NCBI RefSeq assembly: GCF_044324785.1
Contig: NZ_CP172127.1
DNA length: 64,000 nt
Direction: 5' to 3' (one strand)
From: Escherichia coli
Lineage (GTDB): Bacteria > Pseudomonadota > Gammaproteobacteria > Enterobacterales > Enterobacteriaceae
Shown: in pieces, positions 47,570-61,064 of the stretch
Layout: every line of letters begins with the position of its first letter
Numbering within the stretch: position 1 is the stretch's first letter
The notes under the pieces: generated by a model
The model's database searches: none
The model's input: only the letters and a program-made list of their open reading frames with translations
What the model was told of the DNA's origin: nothing
Translations under genes and position numbers: made by a program

Positions 47570-47699
47570 TTACCGGTGACGCCTTAATAAATACGAGCGC
47601 ACTTTAGTTAGCTCCGATTGTATGAAGCCGCGCCATCGCTGTCCAGCGGCACGCCTTGCAGATTACGGTTTGCCACACTTTTCATCCTTCTCCTGGTGA

Positions 47700-47945
47700 C
47701 ATAATCCACATCAATCGAAAATGTTAATAAATTTGTTGCGCGAATGATCTAACAAACATGCATCATGTACAATCAGATGGAATAAATGGCGCGATAACGC
47801 TCATTTTATGACGAAGCACACACATTTTAAGTTCGATATTTCTCGTTTTTGCTCGTTAACGATAAGTTTACAGCATGCCTACAAGCATCGTGGAGGTCCG
47901 TGACTTTCACGCATACAACAAACATTAACTCTTCAGGATCCGATT
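47700..47945 (+). promoter_or_regulatory. glpFKX promoter region with candidate GlpR operator half-sites (about 47826-47867)
   Basis: agttcgatatttctcg and tgctcgttaacgataag resemble the GlpR operator consensus (ATGTTCGATAACGAACAT-like); AT-rich region upstream of glpF. CRP sites expected but not pinpointed. Confidence 0.5.
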
Positions 47946-50322
<2,377 letters not shown>

Positions 50323-50325
50323 TGT

Positions 50326-50372
50326 AAATGCCGGATGAAGCGTTTATGCCGCATCCGGTAGTCCTGAATCGT
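50326..50372. repeat. REP (palindromic unit) element between glpK and glpX
   Basis: atgccggatgaagcgtttatgccgcatccggtagtcctga has the REP-like gccggatg...catccggc palindrome. Confidence 0.7.
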
Positions 50373-50456
50373 GCGGGGGCAACCCCGCACACATCAATAA
50401 TCCCGCCCTTCCCCTGTGCTACACTTCGCGCCATCCCTTACTGCTTAGAGTTTGCT

Positions 50457-51467
50457 ATGAGACGAGAACTTGCCATCGAATTTTCCCGCGTCACCGAATC
50501 TGCGGCGCTGGCTGGCTACAAATGGTTAGGACGCGGCGATAAAAACACCGCGGACGGCGCAGCGGTAAACGCCATGCGTATTATGCTCAACCAGGTCAAC
50601 ATTGACGGCACCATCGTTATTGGTGAAGGTGAAATCGACGAAGCACCGATGCTCTACATTGGTGAAAAAGTCGGTACTGGTCGCGGCGACGCGGTAGATA
50701 TTGCTGTTGATCCGATTGAAGGCACGCGCATGACGGCGATGGGCCAGGCTAACGCGCTGGCGGTGCTGGCAGTAGGCGATAAAGGCTGCTTCCTCAACGC
50801 ACCAGATATGTATATGGAGAAGCTGATCGTCGGACCGGGAGCCAAAGGCACCATTGATCTGAACCTGCCGCTGGCGGATAACCTGCGCAATGTTGCGGCG
50901 GCGCTCGGCAAACCGTTGAGCGAACTGACAGTAACGATTCTGGCGAAACCACGCCACGATGCCGTTATCGCTGAAATGCAACAACTCGGCGTACGCGTAT
51001 TTGCTATTCCGGACGGCGACGTTGCGGCCTCAATTCTCACCTGTATGCCAGACAGCGAAGTTGACGTGCTGTATGGTATTGGTGGCGCGCCGGAAGGCGT
51101 GGTTTCTGCAGCGGTGATCCGCGCATTAGATGGTGACATGAACGGTCGTCTGCTGGCGCGTCATGACGTCAAAGGCGACAACGAAGAGAATCGTCGCATT
51201 GGCGAGCAGGAGCTGGCACGCTGCAAAGCAATGGGCATCGAAGCCGGTAAAGTATTGCGTCTGGGCGATATGGCACGCAGCGATAACATCATCTTTTCTG
51301 CCACCGGTATTACCAAAGGCGATCTGCTGGAAGGCATTAGCCGCAAAGGCAATATCGCGACTACCGAAACGCTGCTGATCCGCGGCAAGTCACGCACTAT
51401 TCGCCGCATTCAGTCCATCCACTATCTGGATCGCAAAGACCCGGAAATGCAGGTGCACATTCTCTGA
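50457..51467 (+). CDS. glpX: fructose-1,6-bisphosphatase class II
   Basis: ORF over-extended from 50328; canonical GlpX MRRELAIEFSRVTESAALAGYKWLGRGDKN starts at ATG 50457 (336 aa). Confidence 0.95.
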   Translation: MRRELAIEFSRVTESAALAGYKWLGRGDKNTADGAAVNAMRIMLNQVNIDGTIVIGEGEIDEAPMLYIGEKVGTGRGDAVDIAVDPIEGTRMTAMGQANALAVLAVGDKGCFLNAPDMYMEKLIVGPGAKGTIDLNLPLADNLRNVAAALGKPLSELTVTILAKPRHDAVIAEMQQLGVRVFAIPDGDVAASILTCMPDSEVDVLYGIGGAPEGVVSAAVIRALDGDMNGRLLARHDVKGDNEENRRIGEQELARCKAMGIEAGKVLRLGDMARSDNIIFSATGITKGDLLEGISRKGNIATTETLLIRGKSRTIRRIQSIHYLDRKDPEMQVHIL

Positions 51468-51489
51468 GTGATTTGATCGATTGAGCCTT

Positions 51490-51517
51490 CCAGTCCTTCG
51501 GGACTGGAATTTTTTTG
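51490..51517 (+). terminator. rho-independent terminator after glpX
   Basis: ccagtcc-ttcg-ggactgg followed by aattttttt. Confidence 0.75.
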
Positions 51518-51563
51518 TTCGGAGAACGAAGATAAGGCAAGTCAATCAAAACAGGAGAAAAAC

Positions 51564-52310
51564 ATGGCTGATTGGGTAACAGGCAAAGTCACTAAAGTGC
51601 AGAACTGGACCGACGCCCTGTTTAGTCTCACCGTTCACGCCCCCGTGCTTCCGTTTACCGCCGGGCAATTTACCAAGCTTGGGCTTGAAATCGACGGCGA
51701 ACGCGTCCAGCGCGCTTACTCCTATGTTAACTCGCCCGATAATCCCGATCTGGAGTTTTACCTGGTCACCGTCCCCGATGGCAAATTAAGCCCACAATTG
51801 GCGGCACTAAAACCGGGCGATGAAGTGCAGGTGGTTAGCGAAGCAGCTGGCTTCTTTGTTCTGGATGAAGTACCAGATTGCGAAACGCTATGGATGCTGG
51901 CAACCGGTACAGCGATTGGCCCTTATTTATCGATTCTGCAACTGGGCAAAGATTTAGAGCGCTTCAAAAATCTGGTCCTGGTTCACGCCGCACGTTATGC
52001 CGCCGACTTAAGCTATTTGCCACTGATGCAAGAACTTGAAAAACGCTACGAAGGCAAACTGCGCATTCAGACGGTGGTCAGTCGGGAAACGGCTGCAGGC
52101 TCACTCACCGGGAGAATACCGGCGTTAATTGAAAGTGGTGAACTGGAAAGCGCGGTTGGCCTGCCGATGAATAAAGAAACCAGCCATGTGATGCTGTGCG
52201 GCAATCCACAGATGGTGCGCGATACGCAACAGTTACTGAAAGAGACCCGGCAGATGACGAAACATTTACGTCGCCGACCGGGCCATATGACAGCGGAGCA
52301 TTACTGGTAA
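51564..52310 (+). CDS. fpr: ferredoxin/flavodoxin-NADP+ reductase
   Basis: 248-aa ORF MADWVTGKVTKVQNWTDALFSLTVHAPVLPFTAGQFTKLGL; FAD-binding motif RAYSY. Confidence 0.96.
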   Translation: MADWVTGKVTKVQNWTDALFSLTVHAPVLPFTAGQFTKLGLEIDGERVQRAYSYVNSPDNPDLEFYLVTVPDGKLSPQLAALKPGDEVQVVSEAAGFFVLDEVPDCETLWMLATGTAIGPYLSILQLGKDLERFKNLVLVHAARYAADLSYLPLMQELEKRYEGKLRIQTVVSRETAAGSLTGRIPALIESGELESAVGLPMNKETSHVMLCGNPQMVRDTQQLLKETRQMTKHLRRRPGHMTAEHYW

Positions 52311-52314
52311 GCGG

Positions 52315-52743
52315 TTACTTATCGATAAACGGCACGATGAGCAAATCCGCACTCAACTTATTGATCATCCCGCGATATGCCGGCATCAAACGGTTGATAA
52401 ATGAGTGGTGATGACCACAGACAAGGAGGTCGCACTGCTCTTTTTGCATAATTTCCAGCAGTGTTTCCGGCATTTCTCCGCGTTCAATACGCAGTTTTGT
52501 CTTCGGCCATTGAATATTTTTCGTCAGTTTATACAGCTTGTTATCCGACTTATTCTTCAACAATTGAAGAATATCTTCTGTTGCAGGGAAGTAGATACCC
52601 GGATACAACTCGCTTAAGCCATCATCAATATGAATTAACGTCAGGTGAGCGTCATTATGTCTGGCAAGCTCCAGGGCTTTATTCACCAGTAAGGCATCTT
52701 CTTCATTCCCGGAAATTGCCACGCCAATGTGTTTATAAGCCAT
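52315..52743 (-). CDS. uspD: universal stress protein D
   Basis: 142-aa [42 protein letters not shown] (UspA family). Confidence 0.93.
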   Translation of the reverse strand: MAYKHIGVAISGNEEDALLVNKALELARHNDAHLTLIHIDDGLSELYPGIYFPATEDILQLLKNKSDNKLYKLTKNIQWPKTKLRIERGEMPETLLEIMQKEQCDLLVCGHHHSFINRLMPAYRGMINKLSADLLIVPFIDK

Positions 52744-52769
52744 GTTTAACTCCTTCTAAAGCAACTCCA

Positions 52770-53069
52770 TCAAGCTAACGAACGCAGTGATAACTCAAAA
52801 ATAATCATCTCGGCCTGGCATGAGAAGGTGAAGGCCGCATCAAGCTCAACTTGCCCCTCCAGATCCTTAATCTTATAGGCCACGCTGGCCCCTTCATCTG
52901 CAGAGGATGCAGCGGCGGCAAGCTCTTTCAGTTTGGTCATAAAGGACTCTGCTTCTTCGCGGGTGGCAAAAAAGCGCGAAAACTTACTGGTACAGTTGTC
53001 GTTATCAATCACCGTACCGATATCAATCGCACATCCTTTAGTACTGCATTTATCTACGACATCTTTCAT
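52770..53069 (-). CDS. yiiS: DUF406-family protein YiiS
   Basis: 99-aa [46 protein letters not shown]; synteny. Confidence 0.85.
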   Translation of the reverse strand: MKDVVDKCSTKGCAIDIGTVIDNDNCTSKFSRFFATREEAESFMTKLKELAAAASSADEGASVAYKIKDLEGQVELDAAFTFSCQAEMIIFELSLRSLA

Positions 53070-53280
53070 AGGGCACCTCTGTATATTCGCCTCTCTGTCG
53101 ATTACGACTTAAGAATAATGCGCCGTTAAGGGAAGAACAAACAAGTAATGATCTTATGGATTACCATTTTTTTTGATATTGCTTAAGGTGAAGAGTTCAG
53201 AAGGATTTTCCGGGCATTGTCATTTGCATCGAGGAAATAACAATCCCGGAAAAAAATAGCAGTAAGAGATATATTAAAGG

Positions 53281-53721
53281 TTAATTACTTGATTTATTGT
53301 CGGCTTTATACTTCACATCCTGAGTATCTTTACCATATTTATTTTCGCCTTGTGTGCCAACAAACGCACCAAGATCGATAAGCATCATCACCAGAATCAA
53401 CGTCGGGACAAAACGCCCCACCGCCCATTGCCAGACACCCGGTAAAATCGCCCAGTTACCCGCCAGCAGCATCCACGCCACAATCATCAGAAATGCCCAT
53501 GCGCCGGAACGCCCGCGATCATGCAAGCGCTTAACGGTTACTGCCGCTGTTGGCCAGAGCAAGCACACAAGGCAAAACGCCGCGGTCTGAATATCGAGTA
53601 AATTTTTACCCGCCAGTGAGAAAAGCACCAGCATGCCTGCGAACCACAGGCCTATCCAAATCCAGAAATCACGGCGTCCAATACGCCCTTTAAATGAGAA
53701 TAACCATTGCTGTATGGTCAT
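53281..53721 (-). CDS. yiiR: DUF805-family inner membrane protein
   Basis: 146-aa hydrophobic ORF MTIQQWLFSFKGRIGRRDFWIWIGLWFAGMLVLF. Confidence 0.85.
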   Translation of the reverse strand: MTIQQWLFSFKGRIGRRDFWIWIGLWFAGMLVLFSLAGKNLLDIQTAAFCLVCLLWPTAAVTVKRLHDRGRSGAWAFLMIVAWMLLAGNWAILPGVWQWAVGRFVPTLILVMMLIDLGAFVGTQGENKYGKDTQDVKYKADNKSSN

Positions 53722-53821
53722 GTAAGTTCCTTGATGGTTGTCTTTTCCAGGATTCTACCCTTTTGACAAGGGCGACAGATATCGTTTTAATCGGAGCCAG
53801 TCATAACAAAAGGTACTGTCA

Positions 53822-54421
53822 ATGAAGCCAGGGTGTACGCTGTTTTTTCTCTTATGTTCTGCATTAACCGTTACAACAACGGCGCATGCACAAACACCAG
53901 ATACGGCAACGACCGCGCCTTATCTGCTGGCTGGAGCCCCTACTTTCGATCTCTCCATCAGCCAGTTTCGAGAAGACTTTAACAGCCAGAATCCCAGCCT
54001 GCCACTGAACGAATTTCGTGCCATCGACAGCAGTCCCGACAAAGCCAATCTCACTCGTGCTGCCAGTAAAATTAATGAGAACTTGTATGCTTCTACAGCG
54101 CTGGAGCGCGGTACCTTAAAAATCAAAAGCATTCAAATGACCTGGCTACCCATCCAGGGGCCAGAGCAAAAAGCCGCGAAAGCGAAAGCTCAGGAATACA
54201 TGGCAGCGGTGATCCGCACACTCACCCCATTAATGACCAAAACACAAAGCCAGAAAAAACTGCAGTCGCTACTAACGGCGGGGAAAAACAAACGTTATTA
54301 CACCGAGACCGAAGGTGCACTGCGTTATGTTGTCGCGGACAACGGCGAAAAGGGGCTGACCTTCGCTGTTGAACCGATTAAGCTGGCGCTATCTGAATCG
54401 CTTGAAGGTTTGAATAAATGA
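53822..54421 (+). CDS. yiiQ: DUF1454-family periplasmic protein (signal peptide)
   Basis: 199-aa ORF MKPGCTLFFLLCSALTVTTTAHAQTPD. Confidence 0.85.
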   Translation: MKPGCTLFFLLCSALTVTTTAHAQTPDTATTAPYLLAGAPTFDLSISQFREDFNSQNPSLPLNEFRAIDSSPDKANLTRAASKINENLYASTALERGTLKIKSIQMTWLPIQGPEQKAAKAKAQEYMAAVIRTLTPLMTKTQSQKKLQSLLTAGKNKRYYTETEGALRYVVADNGEKGLTFAVEPIKLALSESLEGLNK

Positions 54422-54528
54422 CAAAAAGCAAAGCCTTTGTGCCGATGAATCTCTATACTGTTTCACAGACCTGCTGCCCTGCGGGGCGGCCATCTTCCTT
54501 TATTCGCTTATAAGCGTGGAGAATTAAA

Positions 54529-55296
54529 ATGCGACATCCTTTAGTGATGGGTAACTGGAAACTGAACGGCAGCCGCCACATGGTTCACGAGCTGGTTTCT
54601 AACCTGCGTAAAGAGCTGGCAGGTGTTGCTGGCTGTGCGGTTGCAATCGCACCACCGGAAATGTACATCGATATGGCGAAGCGTGAAGCTGAAGGCAGCC
54701 ACATCATGCTGGGTGCGCAAAACGTGGACCTGAACCTGTCCGGCGCATTCACCGGTGAAACCTCTGCTGCTATGCTGAAAGACATCGGCGCACAGTACAT
54801 CATCATCGGCCACTCTGAACGTCGTACTTACCACAAAGAGTCTGACGAACTGATCGCGAAAAAATTCGCGGTGCTGAAAGAGCAGGGTCTGACTCCGGTT
54901 CTGTGCATCGGTGAAACCGAAGCTGAAAACGAAGCGGGCAAAACTGAAGAAGTTTGCGCACGTCAGATCGACGCGGTACTGAAAACTCAGGGTGCTGCAG
55001 CATTCGAAGGTGCGGTAATCGCTTACGAACCAGTATGGGCAATCGGTACTGGCAAATCTGCAACTCCGGCGCAGGCACAGGCTGTTCACAAATTCATCCG
55101 TGACCACATCGCTAAAGTTGACGCTAACATCGCTGAACAAGTGATCATCCAGTACGGCGGCTCTGTAAACGCGTCTAACGCTGCAGAACTGTTTGCTCAG
55201 CCAGACATCGACGGCGCGCTGGTTGGCGGTGCTTCTCTGAAAGCTGACGCTTTCGCAGTGATCGTTAAAGCTGCAGAAGCGGCTAAACAGGCTTAA
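54529..55296 (+). CDS. tpiA: triosephosphate isomerase
   Basis: 255-aa [33 protein letters not shown]; active-site region [16 protein letters not shown]. Confidence 0.98.
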
Positions 55297-55306
55297 GTCT
55301 GACAGG

Positions 55307-55335
55307 TGCCGGATTTCATATCCGGCACTTACTTT
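55307..55335. terminator. bidirectional terminator hairpin between convergent tpiA and cdh
   Basis: gtgccggat-ttcat-atccggcac inverted repeat followed by a T-rich tail. Confidence 0.6.
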
Positions 55336-55350
55336 CCTTAACTCCTCGCC

Positions 55351-56106
55351 TTAACGCAAAATCTCACACTCATGATCCTGGATTTCCTCGGCTGAAGCAC
55401 GGTTCAGCGTCAGTAGATTTCGTTGTGTCGCCAGCAACACAAACGAATTATCACTCTGCCGCACCATCGCCAGCCCGTAGCTTCCCATATGTTCCCGCGC
55501 CTCAGGCACTTCCTCTGCAAGCATCATAAATGGGCTGCGTTGTACCAGTTCGCTTTCCGTTACCCGACGCGCCAGGTATTCATGCCCGCGCAAACCACCT
55601 GGCAGTGGCAACCAGCGGCTGCTGATGTTCGCCAGATTGTTATCCAGCTGTTCGCGCACATCAGGACGAATACAAGAGATATGAATATGAAAATGGTTTT
55701 GCGTACGCCCGGTGCGGGAGTTGATCGCCAAAGAAACCGCGCGATCGGGAACCGACTGACCGTATTTTTTGCTCATAAAATCACGCGCCTGCCAGGCCAA
55801 CCAAAAGAAGTTCGGCGTTGAAGGATCGGTCAACAAAGGACTTTCAGTTCCGTTAATACGATACGTTGGCATCAACAGATATTGCAGTGGGCCATTAAGA
55901 TCTTTTAAAACCACGTATCCGGCATTGGGTTTGACTTCCGCACATGGCGAAGGATTTTGATTTTGCTGCTGATTGGGCAAACATTCCTCAAGGACAATCT
56001 TACGTAATGTATCCGACTCTTCACCGGTTAATTTCCAGTAACCAATACCGGCAGCCACAACGGCGATAACTATCATCACCAAAAAAAGAAGACCCGCTTT
56101 TTTCAT
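55351..56106 (-). CDS. cdh: CDP-diacylglycerol pyrophosphatase
   Basis: ORF over-extended to 56298; canonical Cdh [26 protein letters not shown] starts at ATG 56106 (251 aa). Confidence 0.93.
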   Translation of the reverse strand: MKKAGLLFLVMIVIAVVAAGIGYWKLTGEESDTLRKIVLEECLPNQQQNQNPSPCAEVKPNAGYVVLKDLNGPLQYLLMPTYRINGTESPLLTDPSTPNFFWLAWQARDFMSKKYGQSVPDRAVSLAINSRTGRTQNHFHIHISCIRPDVREQLDNNLANISSRWLPLPGGLRGHEYLARRVTESELVQRSPFMMLAEEVPEAREHMGSYGLAMVRQSDNSFVLLATQRNLLTLNRASAEEIQDHECEILR

Positions 56107-56212
56107 CTTTTTTTCCCTGTACCTCAAAGAGATGCAAGGGTAACGCAAAATCGTGACAAATAAAAAACCCGGTCGCGAGAAACCACCGGGTTTGATAATT
56201 ATCCTGGAGAAA

Positions 56213-57202
56213 TCAGCGTTTGCTGATCTGATCGAACGTACCGCCGTTAGCAAAATGCTCTTTTTGCGCTTTCGTCCAGCCGCCGAACTCTTCATCAATG
56301 GTGAATAACTTCAATTTTGGAAACGCATTTTCGTACTTTTTCGCTACCTCAGCGTCGCGCGGACGATAGTAGTTTTTCGCGGCAATTTCCTGACCTTCTG
56401 GCGAGTAGAGATATTTCAGGTAGGCTTCCGCCACCTCTTTAGTACCTTTTTTCTCAACCACTTTATCGACCACCGACACGGTTGGCTCTGCGAGGATAGA
56501 CTCACTCGGCGTGACGATTTCGAATTTATCTTTCCCCAGTTCATTCGCTGCCAGCAGAGCTTCGTTTTCCCAGGCAATCAGTACATCGCCAATTCCGCGC
56601 TCGACAAAAGTGTTAGTGGAGCCGCGCGCGCCAGAATCCAGAACTTCGACGTTTTTATACAGTGCCCGAACAAAATCCTGCGCTTTTGCCTGATCGTTGT
56701 TGTTGTGGTGCAGCGCGTAGCCCCAGGCAGCCAGGTAGTTCCAGCGCGCGCCACCAGAGCTTTTCGGATTAGGCGTGATCACCGAAACACCCGGTTTAAT
56801 CAGATCGTTCCAGTCATGGATCTGCTTCGGATTGCCCTTACGCACCAGGAAAACAATGGTGGAAGTGTACGGTGCGGAGTTATCCGGCAGACGTTTGATC
56901 CACTCTTTATCAATCCGCCCGCGTTCCGCAATCGCGTCCACGTCATAGGCCAGAGCCAGCGTGACAACATCAGCTTCAATACCGTTGATTACCGACGTCG
57001 CTTGTTTGCCTGAACCACCGTGGGACTGACGGATCACCACGTTATCGCCAGTTTGCTGTTTCCAGTGGGCGCTGAATGCCTTGTTGTACTGTTCGTACAA
57101 TTCGCGCGTTGGATCATATGAAACGTTAAGAAGCTGAATATCCTTTGCCATAACGCTGGTTGCCGCCAGCAAAAATGTTAACCCTACGCCCCACTTGTTC
57201 AT
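56213..57202 (-). CDS. sbp: periplasmic sulfate-binding protein
   Basis: 329-aa [46 protein letters not shown]. Confidence 0.96.
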
Positions 57203-57315
57203 CGCCCGACTCTCTTATGTTGTGTTGTGATGAGCAAAGCGTGCCAGAAGGTTAACCAAACATTAAAGAATAAAAAAAGATTGGCTATAACTTGCGGGTA
57301 TATGTTGGGGGATTA

Positions 57316-57345
57316 AAAAGGCGGAAGAAATCCGCCTCATATTGC
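57316..57345 (-). terminator. rho-independent terminator of pfkA (minus strand)
   Basis: Minus strand reads gaggcgga-tttctt-ccgcc followed by tttttaatc, downstream of pfkA and the REP pair. Confidence 0.6.
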
Positions 57346-57368
57346 TGACAAAGTGCGCTTTGTCCATG

Positions 57369-57466
57369 CCGGATGCGGCGCGAACGCCTTATCCGGCCTA
57401 CAAAAGTTTGCAAATTCAATAAATTGCAGAATTCATGTAGGCCTGATAAGCGAAGCGCATCAGGCA
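57369..57466. repeat. BIME: two REP elements in inverted orientation
   Basis: gccggatgcggcgcgaacgccttatccggcctac (57369-57402) and gtaggcctgataagcgaagcgcatcaggca (57437-57466) match the REP consensus in opposite orientations. Confidence 0.85.
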
Positions 57467-57521
57467 TTTCTGCTTCTGTCATCGGTTTCAGGCTAAAGGA
57501 ATCTGCCTTTTTCCGAAATCA

Positions 57522-58484
57522 TTAATACAGTTTTTTCGCGCAGTCCAGCCAGTCGCCTTTGAACGGACGCTTCATGTTTTCGATAGCGTCGATGATGTCG
57601 TGGTGAACCAGCTGTTCGTTCTGGATACCTACGCAACGACCGCCGTAACCTGCCAGCAGCAGATCGATAGCGTAAGCGCCCATACGGGAAGCCAGAATAC
57701 GGTCGTAAGGCACCGGAGAACCACCGCGCTGGATGTGGCCCAGCACAGTTGCGCGGGTTTCACGACCGGTTTCTTTCTCGATGAAATGCGCCAGTTCGTC
57801 AACATCACACATATGTTCGGTAATCGCCACGATCGCGTGTTTTTTACCTTTCGCGATACCCGCTTTGATTTCGTTTACCAGGTCTTCACGGCTGAATTCA
57901 ACTTCCGGAACTACAACGAATTCACAGCCACCGGCAATGGCCGCAGCCAGGGTCAGATCGCCACAATAACGACCCATCACTTCCACCACGGAAATACGCT
58001 GGTGAGAAGAAGAGGTGTCACGCAGACGGTCGATCGCTTCTACAACGGTGCTCAGCGCAGTGAAGAAACCGATAGTGTAGTCAGTGCCTTTGATGTCGTT
58101 GTCGATAGTGCCAGGCAGACCGATGCACGGGAAGCCCATTTCGGTCAGACGCATTGCACCCATGTAGGAACCGTCACCGCCGATAACCACCAGCGCGTCG
58201 ATACCACGTTTTTTCAGGTTTTCGATAGCCACGGCGCGGATGTTCTCGTCGCGGAATTCCGGGAAACGCGCAGAACCGAGGAACGTACCGCCACGGTTGA
58301 TCATGTCAGAAACGCTGTAACGGTCTAGCTGTACCATACGGTCTTCATACAGACCCAGATAGCCGTCATAAATGCCCATTACTTCCAGACCTTCTGTCAG
58401 CGCAGAACGAACAACCCCGCGAATTGCGGCGTTCATGCCTGGCGCATCACCGCCGCTTGTCAACACACCGATTTTCTTAATCAT
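57522..58484 (-). CDS. pfkA: 6-phosphofructokinase I
   Basis: ORF over-extended to 58580; canonical Pfk[30 protein letters not shown] starts at ATG 58484 (320 aa). Confidence 0.98.
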
Positions 58485-58664
58485 GACTACCTCTGAACTT
58501 TGGAATGCAAAATGAAATCTGTTGCCGGAAGTCTTCTTGCACATCGAAGTGATCCAACGAATGTGCAAATAGTATAACAATCACTTCCTGCTGAATTGAT
58601 TCAGGTCAGGCCAAATGGCGGTATTTTATACACAAAATGCGGGTCTGGCTCTCTTTTATACTGA

Positions 58665-59567
58665 TTATGAAAGCATAGACCGTTTACCCTCTCTGGGTAC
58701 GACGGAACAGGGGTCCTGATGGATAATCACATCCGATCCCGGAAAACGCCGTAAAATAGCCTGCTCTACCTGATCCGCCACCATATGTGCCTGAACCAAA
58801 GGCAGAGAGTCTTCCATTTCCAAATGAATCTGAATAAAGCGGGTCGGCCCTGACTGCCGCGTGCGAAGATCGTGAGCGCCGCTAACACCCGGCCAGGAAG
58901 TCACGATATCAATAATTTCTTGCCGTTCTTCATCAGGCAATGCGCGATCCAGTAATGACTGTACCGCCTCATATCCCATGCGTAACGCGCTATATAAAAT
59001 ATAGATGCCGATTCCCAATGCAAACAGAGCATCGGCGCGATGCCAGCCGTACCAGGACAACCCCAGCGCCAGCAGAATTGCGCCGTTCATCATAACATCA
59101 GACTGGTAATGTAGCATATCAGCCCGCACCGCCTGGCTTTGCGTCCGGCGCACCACCCACCGCTGAAACGAGACAAGGATAATCGTACAAATTAGCGCCA
59201 CAATTGTCACGATTACCCCGACGCCTGGATCTGTCATCGGTGTTGGAGATATCAAATGTTGAATACCCGTCAAAAAGAGGAATAGTGCCGAACCGGAGAT
59301 AAACATACTTTGCGCCAGCGCCGCGAGGGACTCAGCTTTACCGTGACCAAACGAGTGATTATCGTCGGCAGGTTGCAGGGAATATCGCACCACCAGTAAA
59401 TTCGTCAACGACGCGCCGATATCCACCAGCGAATCCACCAGCGCGGCGAGAATACTCACCGACCCGGTATACCACCATGCAAAAATTTTAATCAGCAATA
59501 GCAGTGAAGCCATCGCCGTTGCAGCAATCGCCGCCCGACTGACCAGCCGTCCATAAGATTGATTCAT
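58665..59567 (-). CDS. fieF: cation-diffusion-facilitator Fe/Zn efflux transporter
   Basis: ORF to 59585; canonical FieF/Yii[37 protein letters not shown] starts at ATG 59567 (300 aa). Confidence 0.95.
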
Positions 59568-59648
59568 AAATACTCCCGCTATCAACTGACGCTAGTATAA
59601 CGGAAGCAAATCATCTGCAATGCATTAAGCAGCAGGCAAATTGAGGAT

Positions 59649-59706
59649 AAAAAAAACCCCCACATCATGTGGGGGAAGACAGGGATGGTGTCTATGGCAA
59701 GGAAAA
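59649..59706 (-). ncRNA. cpxQ: CpxQ-like sRNA from the cpxP 3' UTR (ends at the cpxP terminator)
   Basis: Minus strand reads ...ccttgccatagacaccatccctgtcttcccccacatgatgtgggggtttttttt, matching my recollection of CpxQ; terminal hairpin ccccca-catgatg-tggggg plus U-run. The 5' end is approximate (produced by RNase E processing). Confidence 0.5.
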
Positions 59707-59715
59707 CAGGGTTTA

Positions 59716-60216
59716 CTACTGGGAACGTGAGTTGCTACTACTCAATAGCTTCAACGATGAACTTTTTTGCCATTGCGTCACGTCACGCAACTGCTCCATT
59801 CGTTGTTGATGTTTCTCATTTAAAACCGCTTGCTGCTCCGGCGTTAACAGGCGATACATTTGGTTGCGGACTTTTGCCATCTCAACCTGACGAGCAATTT
59901 GCTCATTCGCCATTTTTTCTGCCTGTGCGCGCACAGCGTTTTCATCAAAATTTTCTGCGGTGACAAGGCGATGCATTGTCTCCAGTTCGCTAACATTAAC
60001 AGGAGGCTGTTCGTGCCGGGCCTGTTGCATAAGATCTCGCATCTGCTGACGCTGATGTTCGGTTAAACTTATGCCGTCGAACATATGGCTCTGCGTACTG
60101 CGCTGCGTAAGTTCTTCACCCGGATGCCAGTTATCGCCTGAACCGACTTCAGCAGCGTGGCTTAATGAACTGACTGCCAGCGTTGAGGCCATGACGGCAG
60201 CGGTAACTATGCGCAT
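59716..60216 (-). CDS. cpxP: periplasmic Cpx-pathway inhibitor / adaptor CpxP
   Basis: ORF MMRIV...; canonical Cpx[37 protein letters not shown] from ATG 60216 (166 aa); two LTxxQ motifs. Confidence 0.95.
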
Positions 60217-60295
60217 CATTTGCTCCCAAAATCTTTCTGTCGCGATTCAACGATAGAGAGTTTACGATTCAGGCTGCAAACATGCGTCAGGGGGT

Positions 60296-60310
60296 GTAAA
60301 ACAACGTAAA
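60296..60310. promoter_or_regulatory. CpxR-P binding box (GTAAA-N5-GTAAA) in the cpxP/cpxRA divergent control region
   Basis: gtaaaacaacgtaaa matches the CpxR consensus tandem GTAAA pentamers with a 5-bp spacer. Confidence 0.75.
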
Positions 60311-60365
60311 GTCATGGATTAGCGACGTCTGATGACGTAATTTCTGCCTCGGAGGTATTTAAACA

Positions 60366-61064
60366 ATGAATAAAATCCTGTTAGTTGATGATGACCGAGA
60401 GCTGACTTCCCTATTAAAGGAGCTGCTCGAGATGGAAGGCTTCAACGTGATTGTTGCCCACGATGGGGAACAGGCGCTTGATCTTCTGGACGACAGCATT
60501 GATTTACTTTTGCTTGATGTAATGATGCCGAAGAAAAATGGTATCGACACATTAAAAGCACTTCGCCAGACACACCAGACGCCTGTCATTATGTTGACGG
60601 CGCGCGGCAGTGAACTTGATCGCGTTCTCGGCCTTGAGCTGGGCGCAGATGACTATCTCCCGAAACCGTTTAATGATCGTGAGCTGGTGGCACGTATTCG
60701 CGCGATCCTGCGCCGTTCGCACTGGAGTGAGCAACAGCAAAATAACGACAACGGTTCACCGACACTGGAAGTTGATGCCTTAGTGCTGAATCCAGGCCGT
60801 CAGGAAGCCAGCTTCGACGGGCAAACGCTGGAGTTAACCGGCACTGAGTTTACCCTGCTCTATTTGCTGGCACAGCATCTGGGTCAGGTGGTTTCCCGTG
60901 AGCATTTAAGCCAGGAAGTGCTGGGCAAACGCCTGACGCCTTTCGACCGCGCTATCGATATGCACATTTCCAACCTGCGTCGTAAACTGCCGGATCGTAA
61001 AGATGGTCACCCGTGGTTTAAAACCTTGCGTGGTCGCGGCTATCTGATGGTTTCTGCTTCATGA
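60366..61064 (+). CDS. cpxR: OmpR-family response regulator CpxR
   Basis: 232-aa ORF MNKILLVDDDRELTSLLKELLEMEGFNVIVAHDGEQALDLL; receiver domain plus winged-helix C-terminus. Confidence 0.98.
   Translation: MNKILLVDDDRELTSLLKELLEMEGFNVIVAHDGEQALDLLDDSIDLLLLDVMMPKKNGIDTLKALRQTHQTPVIMLTARGSELDRVLGLELGADDYLPKPFNDRELVARIRAILRRSHWSEQQQNNDNGSPTLEVDALVLNPGRQEASFDGQTLELTGTEFTLLYLLAQHLGQVVSREHLSQEVLGKRLTPFDRAIDMHISNLRRKLPDRKDGHPWFKTLRGRGYLMVSAS

Noticed and set aside
57285-57482. 65-aa ORF between sbp and pfkA
   Set aside because: Made up almost entirely of the REP/BIME repeats and the pfkA terminator; a repeat artefact, not a gene.
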